A DNA stretch of 64,000 nucleotides from NCBI RefSeq assembly GCF_001194135.2, contig NC_068986.1, forward strand, positions 72,609,484 through 72,673,483. Direction: 5' to 3'. Positions within the stretch are counted from its first letter, which is position 1; each line of letters begins with the position of its first letter. Below are positions 23,645-37,649 of the stretch, one piece after another. Source of the DNA: Octopus bimaculoides. Its lineage: Eukaryota. The notes beneath the pieces were generated by a model, which saw nothing but the letters and a program-made list of their open reading frames with translations, did not search any database and had not been told where the DNA came from. Made by a program: the position numbers and the translations under genes.

Positions 23645-24719
23645 ATTTTATGTGTTTTTTTCCAAAATTAACCTCTTGAGTATTTTGGTTTGATAAAAAA
23701 TGAAATTAATAACTATTTGATTTTCAGTATAAATATTTCAGTACATAGTTTTACTGGTCTAATTATTGCATGAGAAAGTTTCCTATGAAGCATTTCAAAA
23801 TTTCAAAATTCATTGTCCTTGAGTATATTAAAATTATTATCAATTGTTTCATTTTCTAAATTGTCCATCGCAATTCTTTTGTTTTTTTTTTCTTTTCAGT
23901 ATCATTTAAAAGCACTTTACAGTGTTTAAAAATTATATTGCAAATTATGTTTGTGTTATTGCTTGGATTCATTCTGAAAAGAGCATGTTCACTGCACATC
24001 TACTTACATTAGCTCCATGTATAGGCCTAATGAAGAATTTGTCTAGAAGAACAAAGTCATCAGTACTTTGGTTTCTTGAACCACAAAACTTCAACACTTT
24101 AGTTCCCTTTTACTTTGTTAATCTTTTATAATTTTCCAATGAACTATTTCAATCTTTATCTAGCACCATTAGTAGTATTCATGGCAAAGATATATTGAAA
24201 ATTAAGGTTCCAAAATTTGAATGTACCATGAACAACCATTTTGTAATTTTGGACTATCTTAGATACTGTCATTTCCTAAATATGAAATGGCACATGCTTT
24301 TAATATATTACACATCTTAAAGCTACTCTTATTGGTAAATCAAGCAAGAGCTATCCACTTTATCATCATCATTTAACTCTTTAATATGCATATTATTCTG
24401 TCAAATGTAATGTTTTGAAATAATCATACATTATCTGATAGCTTTAAAATTTTGATGATGCAATTGTTTATTTTAGAATATTGTAGGAAAGGTGTGGGAA
24501 GTTAAATCTGGTTGGTTTGAACATAAAACAGAATATTTGGGCCATATATGGCCAGTTTAAATGCTAAAGGGTTAAATCTAATTCCAATCATATTGTTCAT
24601 TTGTTTCTGTTCAATATAATATAAAATAATTTAAACTGGAAACTTATTGCAAAATTTAATCTTTTATGAACACTGTATTCCCATGTGTTATAAGAGGTGA
24701 TTAAAAGGGTTTGAATCAT

Positions 24720-26690
24720 CATTTACACCTGCTTTTCCATGCTTTCAATGAGTCAGGCAAATCCTTTCCAACACAGTGTCTCACCACTTGTTGCATTCCT
24801 TTATCTTCTTTGTGAGATTCAACATTCTAAACTTTGTTTTCACCATTTCTGCCCATGACTTCCTTAAACTTCCTCTTCAACAATTTTCTTCCACTTGCAC
24901 CTCCTGATAAAGACCAAACTGTCATCATCTGCACACATTTTATGTCTATACCATCATAGTCATCTTGCACACTACATCTTGATTCATCTTATATCCCAAT
25001 TTTTCTCTCAGTTTATCTGTGCTACATCATTCATTATACATTCAACAGAACATGCTTGTTTCATTTCTCTTTAGCTTTCACTAACACTTTCCATTCAATG
25101 CTCACATTCACTACCATGTAGCATCACATTTCAATCACTAGCAATGTGCAGCCTACCCTTAACTCCCCTTGTTTGCCAGCAGGGAAATAGTTCCATGGAC
25201 TTTTTCCACTTTGTTCTAATTCTGTCTGGCTCCTATGCTTTCAGAGAACCCTCCTCCACAGCTGATTAGGTAACAGTAGCTTTCAACTACTTCTATGGAG
25301 CCTTTTATTGGTGCTCTGACTGCTGATTATTGCTGTATATCTTTATTGACTAGCAGCCTGCTTGTGATTGAACCTATAGTTTGCACCTATAGTTTGCACC
25401 AGGTACACTATATAGAGTTCTTGCCTATGCCTTTTCTATATATCAATAAAAAAAGAAGTCATTCCTTTGATGGCAGCAATCTTCTTCCCTACTTGCTAAA
25501 ATTTTAGTCATCGCCAAGATTTTTCTGAGCTGTTTTGATTCAATGTTTTGTTTTCACATCTGGAATTTCTTCTTTGAGTCTTCTACAGACTTTGCTATAA
25601 AGACTGTCATCAGCATATAAAAAAGTTCTTGTGAACTACTGGTCTTGAATTTCTTTGTTATATCTTGGAGAATTATAATAGAAGAATGAAAACCTACCTG
25701 CATGCTAAATCCCTCATTCAGTTCCTTGCCAGCTCTCTTTTTGTTGATTGTGTCTCTGTACACGATTTGCACTGCTCTCACAAGCCATTTATCTATACTA
25801 TTTCTCTTAAAAGCTACCAGACTACAGATCATGGTATCCTGTCAAGGTCTTCTTCAGATCAACAAATGCTTGGTAGAGAAGCTCAATCTTAAAACATTTT
25901 GCAACTGTCTTACTTGGAAAAGCACATCAGTAGTAATCTGAATATATCTCATTTAAACTGATTCTATAACCAATTGTGCTAATACTCTTGTTACTTTCAC
26001 AACTTGATCTATCAGTTTGAAAATTCTGTAGTTGCTTATTTCTTGAGTGTCTCCATTATCTGTCTAGCTGCTGTTGATTATTTTGATATGCCAGTCATTG
26101 CTTATGACACTTCTCTATATTACTTATTTGAATATGCAAGCAACTATCTTGAATCCTGTTTCATCAGTTATTTTCAGCATCTCAGCAACTATACCTGATA
26201 GATCTGCTGTTTTCTCCATACTCCTATCTTTAATAGTCATTTTGTTCATACAACTGTCCACTTTAGCAGCTGGTCCATTTGTTGGTTATGCTTTTGGTGG
26301 TTTCTCTTCTTTCTACCCATTTTCCATACTCAACAGTTGCTCTTCATAACATTTCCAAACCTCTTTTTCTTCAACATCAGTGAAAGCTTGAGCACTATTA
26401 CTGTCATTTCAAACACATTTCTACTGATAGGTTCCTGATTTACCCAGACTCATTGCTTTGCAATCCAGAACACCTTGTACTTCTGATCTTCTTGTCTTTG
26501 AACATTGGCAAACCTCCTGCTTTCTGGTCTTCTCCATGTTATATAAACTTAGTGCCTAGCTTCTCTTCTAGCCATGTGACACTATTCTTTGCTGCTACCT
26601 TTTTCCACTCTTTCTGGACATTTATGGTTCTATCTCCAGTACTATTCTACCACCATCACATTACTTTTCCTATGGCTGGAACATTGTTCT
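24720..26690 (-). mobile_element. Heavily decayed RTE LINE fragment (intron 1)
   Basis: Minus strand ...IDKWLVRAVQIVYRD...FSMQVGFH matches the RT segment of the other RTE copies (EEWLLRAVQAMYSG...FNIQVGV). Boundaries are approximate. Confidence 0.6.
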
Positions 26691-28379
26691 AACCGGACCT
26701 GATTCTGTGACTTTCAAAAGGTTGTGTTGTAGAAACTCCAAGTTATTTTCAATGTTATAGGTCTCTGTATCCTTCTGATCATACATGTCATCCAGAAAAG
26801 CAGATGTAAAAACGATGATATTGACATTGACGTCCTTTAAGGCTGTAATATATTGTAAGAAGATTAGAGGCTTGAAATTCTGAGCATTTAATTATAAATT
26901 ATTTATAATTTTTAATTTATACTATGACAGTAATTACTTTTCGCAAATCTGCAAAGTTGTAATTTTACTTAAAATAACAGAGTATGTCCATGAATAGATA
27001 TGATCGGCTTATTCAAATTGAAATTAAAACTTGATCATGAAAAAGTTAACTAGCTACCCAGAAGTCCAGCTACATTTATCCTATAAATAACTTAGAAAAA
27101 GAAATAGAGTACATTTTAGATTTATTGTCTATCTTATTTCAAAATTACTTTAACCTTGGCCACATTAAAATCATTCTTTAGAATTTAAAATTCTCTGTAC
27201 TATAACTGAGTTTCCATATTTTTTAAAATACTAGCAATCTGTCCCTATTAAACAGTTTTGTTTTACCGGTTTAACCGGTTATATAACTTAATTTCTGTAA
27301 CTGTAAATATTTACTTAATTTAACACTCAGTGATCATATTTAACTGTTACACACACACTCTCTCTCCCCTCTCCCTCTCTCTCTCCAATGATGTAGTCTC
27401 AGATTTGCTGCCACTGCACATCACCTTGGGCAAGTACTTTCTACTCTAGCCCTAGACTGACCAAATTCTTGAGTTGGTTTGGGATTTGGTAGACAGAAAC
27501 TGAAAGAAGCCCATTTATATGTGTGTGTATGTGTCTGTGTTTATTTACATTCACACATCTCTGAAAATCACTGTTTGCATGGAAAAACAGAGGTAAAAAT
27601 TAACAACTGAGGTATAGTTTGTGTGAAAACTTTTTGTATAATTTCTCTATGGCAAATATCAGTAACTAATTTTGAAGTATTATTTTTAACATCTGTGTTT
27701 GAAGCCATGCATGAAAATATTATATATTATTTTTCTCCCAAATTAGGCAGTAGCTTTTTAAGAGAAAAAGGACCTAGAGTTTTATAGTACCAAATTTATA
27801 GTGTCTGCTACTTAGATCTTAGATTAAGATCAAATGGCACATAATTTATGCCTGTAATTAGAACATTTGATTTATATCAGACATAAGAGAAGTGCTTAGT
27901 CATTTGCCCTAAAACTTCTAGGTTACAGATCTCTTGGAATAAAAAAAAAAGAATATATATTCATTGATCTTCAATTCTCTTGCTTTGTCTTATGTTGAAA
28001 ACTGACATGCCAATTTGCAGAGAAGGCTACAGTCAATTAATTTGACCCCATTGGTGTTATTTTATCAAGTCAACTTCAACAGATTTCAACTGGAAACAAA
28101 ACTAAATATTTTAAGACATTTTTGACTATCACTTCAATCACTACTGTCATTCTTCTGCTTTCGGCAACAGTTTCAGATAATATTGATCATTCTAAATCTT
28201 GCTTCTTTGCCAGTGTTTTGTGATAATGTAAACTATAGATGCACAAACAGTGTAATGGGATCAAAAGCAGGCTGACAGCAAAGATAAGCTTCATTTATTG
28301 CTGGTGTGCAGGAATTGTTAGCTGTAAGATTTATAAGTGAAATGAATTCTTTTAAATGCTTGAAAGGCTTCTTAGAAGT

Positions 28380-28800
28380 AATTAATAACAAAGGGTTTCT
28401 CTTTCAGACTTAAAGTGCATACTATATGGTGCTTGTGTACAAAGTGTGATATTGTATGATAGTGTGACATGGGTCTTGAATGCAGAAGATATGCAAAGGC
28501 TGCAAAGAAATGTGGTGAGAAGGCTCCAGTGCATATGATCAGGAGGCAGATGTTTGTTGTATAGAAAAGTAAATGCTAGGTACTCCAACTAGAGGGAACT
28601 TATGGAAGAAGATGACTGAGGAAGACCTGGGAGGAAGTATAAAGACTAATCTCAAAAACTGAACTTCACAAAGGATATGACAAAAGAAATGTAACACATG
28701 ATGAAATGCTGTGTTGGAGAAAATCTGCCCAACCCATAGATGTATGGAAAAACAGATGTAAAAGTGATTATGTTGGTGATGTTTGAGGTTGAGTTGTAAA
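28380..28800 (+). mobile_element. Decayed RTE LINE C-terminal fragment
   Basis: Nucleotide similarity to the 'GRLYDACVRTTMLHGSETW' region of the RTE at 47900-48000 (TATGGTGCTTGTGTACAAAGTGTGATATTGTATGATAGTGTGACATGG). Confidence 0.5.
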
Positions 28801-29402
28801 ATATCTATATTTGGATTTTGCCTGCATATCATGTCCACATGAAGTCTATGTGCCATCAACCATCTTTGTTGTATGTTCTCACTTCCTTTCCTCTCTCTCT
28901 CTCCCTCTCTCTCTCACACATTACTTCCTGCCTTTTCTCTCATACCATTACACATCTTTATTACTGCCTGTCACTCTCTCCCTTCTGTACCATTAATTAT
29001 CAGCATCCAGCTCTTTCTCACTCTCACCACCCTTACATGCTACCTTAGCAAATCTGAGTCAAACACACATTTATTGATGAGTTTAATATTTACACTTCAA
29101 TCTCTCTCCTCCTTTCTAGCTGTGTCTATTCAATCACCACGAATAACCATCTTTCTCTCCCTCTCCTCTACCACCGTGTCACACCTCTCATTTTAGTTCT
29201 TTTTATTATTCTCTCTTATATCACCATTTTGCTCTGTTTCTCTTTCATTACTTCCTCTTCTTCATTCAATTCTCTTTAGTCTTGTCAGGGTGTCATGGCA
29301 AAAACAAACATTAGCACCAAAGTTTAGAACCATTTGATGCTCCTCTTGTATCACTTCAAGCATAGTAACAGTCACAGTCACATTAGAATTAGCTGCTTAA
29401 TA

Positions 29403-30636
29403 AATGGTGGACTGAAATGTTCATAGGCTGACTGTGAAGGAGTAATGCTAGAGGTGTGCATTAATTTCAGCTCTTCTTATTAGTAGCTGCCTTCTTTCTT
29501 TCTAGGTAAACTGACATCTGACTGTTCAAAGAAGACTTCAAAAGTAACTAGTAACTACTTCTCTTGAAAATGGACAAAATTTGACATCATGTTGTACCTG
29601 CAGAAAAAGGGTTTAACCTCCAATGACATTTATGGTTGCTACATTAGGAGATGATGCTCCAGCTGTATCAATAGTGCAGACATAGGCCACTGAATTTAGA
29701 AAGGGAAGGGAGAATCTTCAAGATGACCCTAGATCTGGACATCCTGCAACTGCCACCACTGAGAAAAACACTGATTGTGTTCACCACATGGTGATGGATG
29801 ACAGGCAGTTGACTATAAATCAAATAACCAATACTATTAGAATATCCCATGAGCTTAGAATGACAAGGGATTCTGCTCAATGGGTGCCATGTCTTCTGAC
29901 ACCTGATCAAAAGCACAGCAGGCTGATCACATCACAGGAAAATCTGACATTGTTTGAGGCAGATCCAGCTGGTTTCCTTGAATGTCTTCTAATACAGGAT
30001 TAGCGTTGGGTTCGTCACTTTGAGCCAGAGAAAAGACAATCTATGCAGTGGAAACACTCCTCACCTGCTCTAAAGAAGGCCAGTCTCATTTCATCTGCAA
30101 GAAAGGTAATAGTCTCAGTTTTTTGGGATGAAAAAAGCATTGTGTGTATTGACTATCTTCAAAAGGGCCACACCATCAATTGAGAGTATGATGTCAACTT
30201 GCTGAAGCAGTTACAGAAGGTTATCAAGACCAAATACCCAAGAAAACTGATGAAAGGTGTCTTGTTTCATCAGGACAGTGCTCCAGCACACAAGTTATTG
30301 GTTTCGGTGGCTACTGTGCATGACTGTGGCATTGGACTGGTTGATCACCCTCCTTATTCTCCTGATTTGGTCCCTTCTCACTATCATCTGTTCCCCAGCA
30401 TGAAAAATCACTTGGCTAGGAACCAGCGTCACAGTGGTAATGGTGTCATATCTGCTGTTGGTGACTTTTTTTGACCAACAGTACAAAAGCTTCTTCACCA
30501 ATGGGATCCAAGCACTGCAATACCAATGGAAGAAGTGTGTGGACCGCAAGGAGAACTATATTGAAAAATAAACCTCATTTGATCACATTCCATGAGACTA
30601 TCTTGGTTACCCCATGAACTTTTCAGCTGACCCTCT
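29403..30636 (+). mobile_element. Near-full-length defective mariner (DD34D type)
   Basis: Imperfect TIRs (CTGAAATGTTCATAGG / rc CTGAAAAGTTCATGGG) with TA flanks. Motifs WVPCLLTPDQK and HQDSAPAH...HPPYSPDLVPSH; 34-residue spacing with the third D mutated to H. Stops and frameshifts. Confidence 0.85.
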
Positions 30637-32564
30637 TACTGTTGTTAATATTACTACCCTAGAATTATTTGTTCTTTCTTCTGCACCTGTTTAAAATTTA
30701 TAGTTACTTTGATATTTATAGAAGTTAATGGTTTCAAGTTGTTTCAGGCAATTTCTTCTAATTCCCACATTCTAAATAACCACTAGTAATTAATAGTAAT
30801 AATGTAACAGCTAGTAATTCATAGAAATTAAAAATAAACCATTTTCACACTGCAATTAAAAGTGTACAGAGTCATTTGCATTGCATAATTATTAGTCGTA
30901 GATATACATTACCTGGGAAAGATTAAAAAGACTTTTAGAAATTTTTTTCATGCCGTAATTATAACCTTTTGAATGAATAACTTGATTCTATATAATTCTA
31001 TTAGAACACATTTATTACATTTGAAATATTGAATTATATTATTCATGGTTCAGTTGGAAGAGAAGTAAAATCTCCAGAGTTGTTATTACTAACAGTTCTG
31101 TGATTCAAATCTTGCTTACATCAGTTCTGTTTTTTATTCCTCTAAGATGAGTAAATTAGTAAATCTCTTCAATTCCTGACCCTTTATATTCCTTCTCTTT
31201 TACCACTTCTATAATGGACTCAATTCTTCAGAACTTATTAGTTGCATGTCATCTCTACTTAATTGTCCTTGTATTCAGCTGTTTCATTTCCTCATTAAAT
31301 ATGACATTCTATTCTTTCCATGTAGTCCACCAACTTCAAAAACAATGAATTCCACAGTAACTTCTCCATTTATATCAAGCCTTTTAAAATATGTATTTCC
31401 TCACAATTTACAGTTAATAACATAATAAAATATAAATATGTCAGAGTTATTAATAACATAGATGAATAAACATCTATTTAAGCTTTCCAAAAGGCTATAA
31501 TAATAATAATAAATTGTTGAAGGATATTAATTATATTAAAGTGACTCAAAATTATAATACATAATTGTTCATTTATTATGTGTTAAATATAGCAGATTGG
31601 ATTTTAAGTCATAAATTTAAGTGTAATTAAGAACTTTGCCTTTTTATTAAGACTCTGACCTGTACCAGTTTGTTTTTGTTAACTGTTTTATGGTCAAGTT
31701 ATCATGGTTTCAGAAATTTTATTCATTTTTACCTATCTCAGCTAAATTTAAATTGAAGATAATATAGGCCGAAAGAAAGAACCTAGACTTTCTTGGTAGC
31801 ATTGACACTGCCCAATACAGTTGAAGGAACAGTACTGTTTGAAAGTGTCAAAATCATTTAGATTTCCAGTCAACAACTGATAAAGGAAATGTCTCTCAGT
31901 GCAACAGATGTAAAATGATAATAAAAATGTACAGATTCCATATATTGTAATTTAGCTGTTCCAATTTTTGTATTTCACTTTTAAATTTTAAATTGTCATC
32001 TGTCCTTTATTTATAATACATCATTTTTATGTTTTTATAAAGTACTTCCAGTACATATTTTTAGAATCAAGTTTAAAGGAAAATATCTGCTTAAAAAGCG
32101 AAAAACATTTTCATAGTATCATAATGGAAAAAGTTTATGAAATTTGAAAGAAATCACTTATTGGTGTCAAACGTATTAAAAACTGAGGTAAATAAAGGAT
32201 TTGATATTGTTCAGTGATCCATTAGATAAAAATTCCAAAAACAGTTGATCAACTATACTTTCAATATAAACTTATAAAGCATGAAACTTCCATCTTTAAA
32301 AATAAGAAAGGGCAGCACATTGGATAATGTAGTCCTTGGTATACTATTCTTAAAGAAAAGGTGGGATTGTTGTGATTGGAGTGCTTTTGATCATAGGTTT
32401 GCTTAGTCAGGGCTAAACAACATTCTTTACAGCAGTCTGAAATAGGTGAAAACAGTAATCTTGCTAATTAGCATATGTATTTATGTTTAGTACATACTTG
32501 TGTATAATGTGTACCACTAATTTGGGGATGTGAAATTCTGCTAAAAACGTCTCTTGTGTATAAT

Positions 32565-32890
32565 ATGGTTTCAAATTTTGGCAGCAGTAATTTTAAGGGA
32601 GGGTAAGTCAATTACATCAGTCTCAATGTTCAGCTGGTACTTTTTTTTATCAAAGATAGGTGATCAGCTGTGTTCAAAGCTCCCAGCACATTCTGTAAAG
32701 TGGCCTTAAGAAGGGCATTCAGCCATAGAAACCATGCCACAACAGACAATTCCATGCCAGCATGGAAAATGAACATTAGATGATGATGAAAGGATGTCAA
32801 CTTAAGCAGAGTTTGACCCAGAACATAAAGAGCCAGAAGAAATACCACTAAGCCTTTTTGTCAGACTTGCTAATGATTCTATCAGCCCAC
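32565..32890 (-). mobile_element. tRNA-derived SINE interrupted by an oppositely oriented RTE-type 3' tail (~32655-32790)
   Basis: SINE tail (TATGGTTTCAAATTTTGGC...) and SINE head (...GAAATACCACTAAGC...) in minus orientation, separated by AAGAAGGGCATTCAGCCATAGAAACC...CCAGCATGGAAAATGAACATTAGATGATGATG. Confidence 0.55.
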
Positions 32891-33338
32891 TGCTTTTTCT
32901 TGTATATGATATGGACCTTTGCATTTTATTGTTTAGAAATGACTTTTTTTTATTTTACTCGTGAACATATGGAAATACTGCCATCAACCTTCCCTAAGGA
33001 AGGATATAAAGACATAATGCAGAATGTAAACACTTTCATTTAAATACTTTCACTAAATTCTTAATATTGTGTTAGAATGATATAAATAAACACTTATGGA
33101 TTGATTTTAATGAACTTTATTAAAAAATTCACCCATTGTTTCATGAGTCAGTCATCACTACTGCAATGCTAATCTGTTTTTGCACACAAACTGCATTTGC
33201 TACCAAGTAAAATGTGGAACTTTTGAGTAATATCGTATTACTTGTATCCATGGTTAGCTGTTAAGCTATCTTACAACACTAGGAGACACAAACACACACA
33301 CTCACACATGCATTCATATATACATACATATGTTTGCA

Positions 33339-33393
<55 letters not shown>

Positions 33394-33397
<4 letters not shown>

Positions 33398-33893
33398 TCA
33401 TCATCATCATTTAACGTCCACTCTCCATGCTGGCATGGGTTGGATGGTTTGACTGGAGCTGATAAGCCAGAGAGCTACACCAGGTTCCAATCTGATTTGG
33501 CATGGTTTCTAAGGCTGGATGTCTTTCCTAACACCATCCACTTTAGGAGTGTAATGGATGTTTTTACGTGCCACCAGCATGGGTGCCATTTGTGACACCA
33601 GCAACAGCCACAACTATGATTCACGAGTTTGTAAATGGCACCCATGAATTGTTCTGGTCATTGACAGTGCCATGTAAATGGCACCCGTGAATTATAGTCA
33701 TGGTTATTGATGATGCCATATAAATGGCACCCATGAATCATTGTCATGGTCATTGATGGTGCCATGTAATCATGAATCATAGTTGTGGTCGTTGCCATTA
33801 TCATGTAAAGGGTACCCATGAATCATCGTGGTCATCGCCAGTGCCATGTAAATGGCATCCATGCATTGTAGTTGTGGTCATTACTGGTACCAT
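33394..33893 (-). mobile_element. RTE-type 3' tail plus six-unit 39-46-bp hairpin tandem array (33631-33893)
   Basis: Tail CATCATCATTTAACGTCC...CATGCTGGCATGGGTTGG. Units start GTAAATGGCACCCATGAAT at 33631, 33674, 33720, 33766, 33805 and 33848. Confidence 0.75.
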
Positions 33894-34319
33894 ATATATA
33901 CACACACACACACACTCAATGGGCTTCTTTCAGTTTCCATCTACCAAACCCACCTCACAAGGCTTTGATTGACTTACAGTAGTTAAGAAGCAAACTTCTA
34001 ACCACGCAGTCATGCCTAAGCCTATAAACATGTGTGTGTGTGTAGTAAAAATTGAAGTGGAATATAGAAACAGTTAACAAAAAGGAACAATTAAATATGG
34101 AACTTCTTTTCTCAGCCATAGAAACCAGAATTGGTGTAGTTTTGTGCATTTAAAGTCCAAGGACTTTAAATTCCATGGTACTACCCCTTTTGATGTGTCA
34201 GTGATAGTTTATATAATTAAAGTGATGGAAGTTAGGAAGACACAGATTTGAAGGATGCCATGCAAGTGAGGTGGAAAACTATTGATAGATACATGCAATG
34301 CAGTTTCATAAGCCTCATA

Positions 34320-35605
34320 TCAGGTCATTAAGAATGAAGTGTCCAATTTTCTTATGCATGAAGTTTAACAGTTGTTAACTCTGTTGTTTTATCCTGACAA
34401 TTCTTTGTTTTACAACATTGAAGAGTTACATCATCACTTTTCAAAATGCAATTCATGGTGTCTGATTATATTGTGAGTTTGCTCTTTTAAGTCAATATTT
34501 ATGAACCCATGGATAGATCAAAAATCTATGTTGTTTATGAATATGTATTCCATCATGGAACCAATGCATCCCAGACAGCTTGAAACATCAATGAGGTGTT
34601 TGGTGAAGATGCGGCGAGTGAGTACACTGTTTGTCAATGGTTTAAGAAGTTCCAGTCTGATGACTTTACTCTTGAAAATCAGCCCTGTGGTAGACCTGAG
34701 GCCAAGGTGGATAATGATGAGCTGGAAATTGTAGTGGAAGTGGATACATCTCAAACTACACGTGAGTTAACAGCAAGGTTTGATATTTCAATTCCAACTG
34801 TACTGGACCATCTGAAACAAATCAGCAAGGTAAAGAAGCTTGACAAGTTGGTACCACACGAACTGAACAAGCATCAAATGACACATCGTGTTGAAACTTC
34901 CTGTTCTTTGCTGTCACAGCATAAAAGCGAACCATTTTTGCATCGTATTGTTATATGTGATGGAAAATGGATTCTTTTCAACGATAGCAAAGCGTTCTGT
35001 ACAGTGGTTGGATAGAGACGAAGTGCCAAAACACAATCCAAAAAAAAATATTCTCCAAAAACAAAAGCTAATGGTGTCACCCACTACAGCTTCATGAGAC
35101 CTGGTAAGTCAATTACAGTGGATGCATACATCAACCAATTTGGATGAAATGATGAGTGAACGTTCAATTAAGCAGCTGATATTGGTCAATAGAGACAGGC
35201 CAATTCTCTTGCAAGATATATATTGCACAACCATATATTGCAAAAACCATATATTGCACAAAGAATACTACTCAAATTACAGGAACTGAACTTAGAAGTA
35301 CTCTGTCATCCTCCATATTCATCAGACGTTGCACCAACAGACTATCATGTTTTCCAGGCATTCGACAACTTTTTGCAAGGGAAAAACTTCAAATCTGAAG
35401 AAGATGTCAAAACAGCCTTTCATGATTTCATCATCTCTTGTTCTCCAGAATTCTTCACTGCCGGCATAAATAAGCTACCGATAAAATGGCAAAATTGTTC
35501 TTGATAATTTAGGTGCATACTTTGATTAACTACATTGCTTTTTGTTGAGATAAAGTAAAATAAACTTTTAGTTCAAAATCAAACATTTCATTCTTAATGT
35601 CTTGA
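34320..35605 (+). mobile_element. Full-length-sized (1286 bp) defective mariner, Hsmar1/SETMAR-like transposase
   Basis: TIRs TCAGGTCATTAAGAATGAAGTGTCC and rc TCAAGACATTAAGAATGAAATGTTT, TA on both flanks. KLDKLVPHELN, FLHRIVICDGKWILF and HPPYSSDVAPTDYHVF; frameshifted. Confidence 0.9.
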
Positions 35606-37649
35606 TAAATATATATGGTAGTTGTCTGACGAGGCACAGAAAAACTACACACACTTATAGCATGAATGAAGAAAGAAAGAAGAGGAGAAGATAGGATGAG
35701 AGTAACAAATTTTGTTCCCTCTGCATGGTTCAAGGAAGATGGGTAGAAGTGTGAAAGAGTAACAAAGAAAGAAGTATATGAACAGACATGATTAGAAAAA
35801 GGGACAGAAAGAAAGATTGAGATAGGGTGAAAGAAATAAGTGGTGTTGAGAACAAGAGAGAATTATTGAATGGTGGTGAGAACAAAAGAAAAAGAGATAT
35901 AGCAAGAAACAATTAGGGAGGAAAAAAAGATAGAATGACCACAACAAGTGGAAAGAACATGATATACATATATATACCTTGCCTACCCTGAAAAAATAGA
36001 TTGACAGTAACATTTTCTTTTTATGGCAAAATATGCACCTAATTCAATAAAACTTTGAAGGTTACTCTGATTACTATGCTCAAAATGGAAAATATTTTAT
36101 TTTTTTGTAGATTAGGTAGGCATAATTTGCCCTTGCCTTTCAATCTCAGTATTAAAGCTATGTATAGAACTGCTGTAGTACACGTGGTGCGTACATTCCT
36201 ACAACGTTTTCTTTACGTGCTATAAAGGCAGAAGTAAATCTGCCTCCAACTTAGTCGTGCGCCTGTGTTTCACTTATTTTTTTGTGTGTTTTACTACATA
36301 AACATCACCAACTGCCTACTTTGAGTAATTACTGATAGCACATGCCTGATATATATATATATATATATATATAATTATTATTATTATTACACATGCATAT
36401 TTATTAAATGCACATGGCTAAGCTATCTGTCTTTTACAAAAACTTTTATGTTTTTACTTTTCACTTTCTCCCTTCTCTGTTATGTCTTTACTGCCTTTTC
36501 ACCTTAATTTTTTGAATGTGAATCATAGCAAATCTACATGAATTTATTATTTCAAACTTTTTTGTTTTTGTTTATTTCTTAAATTTTTTTATTGCATTTC
36601 AAAACCCATATTATCATCATTGTATCCATTTTTCCAATGTGTGTGTAACTTAGACAAGACTTCTTAAAACAGTATTCTACAGCTGGATGCCCTTCCTAAT
36701 ACCAACCCTTGTTTGTTTTCTAGGTACTTTATCCTCTGGTTTTCAAATGTTGCGACCACTAAGTTGTTGAACACAATGAGGTTGTCATGTCTTGTCGAGG
36801 ACATAACAACCTCTGTAGTACTGGTGTCACAATAAAATGCAGCTAGTCACTGAAACTATGCCAAGCTTAAAAATGTTCAAGGACACATTGTCCTCTGACC
36901 TACTGAGGAGGACATTAGCTCCAAATAAAACTGAGTCAAATCATAATGACCCATCCAATCCATACCAACATAGAAAGTAGATGATCATGATGACAATGAT
37001 GGCATGTTTATGTACAATTTTCCTCTACCAAATTTCATTTCAAAGCATTGGTCAACTTGAAGCTACTGTTAAAGACACTTGCCCAGGGTGTCATGCAATT
37101 AGACTGAACCTAAAAATCATGTGTTTTTTGATATCTAAGAACAGCAAGACTGACTTGTGTTATTTTCATCAGAAAATCTGGTCACCTTGATAGGAATTTT
37201 TGCCAGGATTTGAAAATGCTGTTACACTTCTTATACATTTAAGCAAAGTTCTAGTAGCTCCATTGTACATGAAATTGAGGTGTATGAAACATTTTGTAAA
37301 GCTCACGCTAAAGATAGAGGAATATTGAAATGCTTTTACCATAAGTTGTAACTGAAACAAGATTAAAATTTGGTATTTATATTGGACCATAAATTATAGA
37401 AATGAATTTTTAAAGTGGGTCTGAAATTAAGTTTGAAGCCTGACTAACATTTTTTGGAATGGTAACAGAAATATGCCAGATTACAAACAGCTGTCTAAAA
37501 CCATAATTTAAGTGTGATTGTAATAATGCATTTTCTACATTTTAATCTCAACTATTATGACTATTATGGCAACTACTGCAAAATCTTGATAAGCTCAGCA
37601 CCCCAAATGACTTAGTTTAATAAAAATGAACAAATCTGGAAGGAAGTTT

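Noticed and set aside
23880-24130. Extra unc-76 exon after the strong acceptor-like TTTTTCTTTTCAG at ~23899
   Set aside because: Joining it to the phase-2 donor of exon 1 gives a stop within four codons and no FEZ similarity. A poison exon cannot be excluded, but nothing supports one.
33631-33893. CRISPR-like array of palindromic repeats
   Set aside because: No unique spacers, the context is eukaryotic, and the array is attached to a LINE-type tail.
34596-35504. Host SETMAR gene
   Set aside because: There is no SET domain exon. The sequence lies between TIRs with TA flanks and is frameshifted, so it is a dead mariner.
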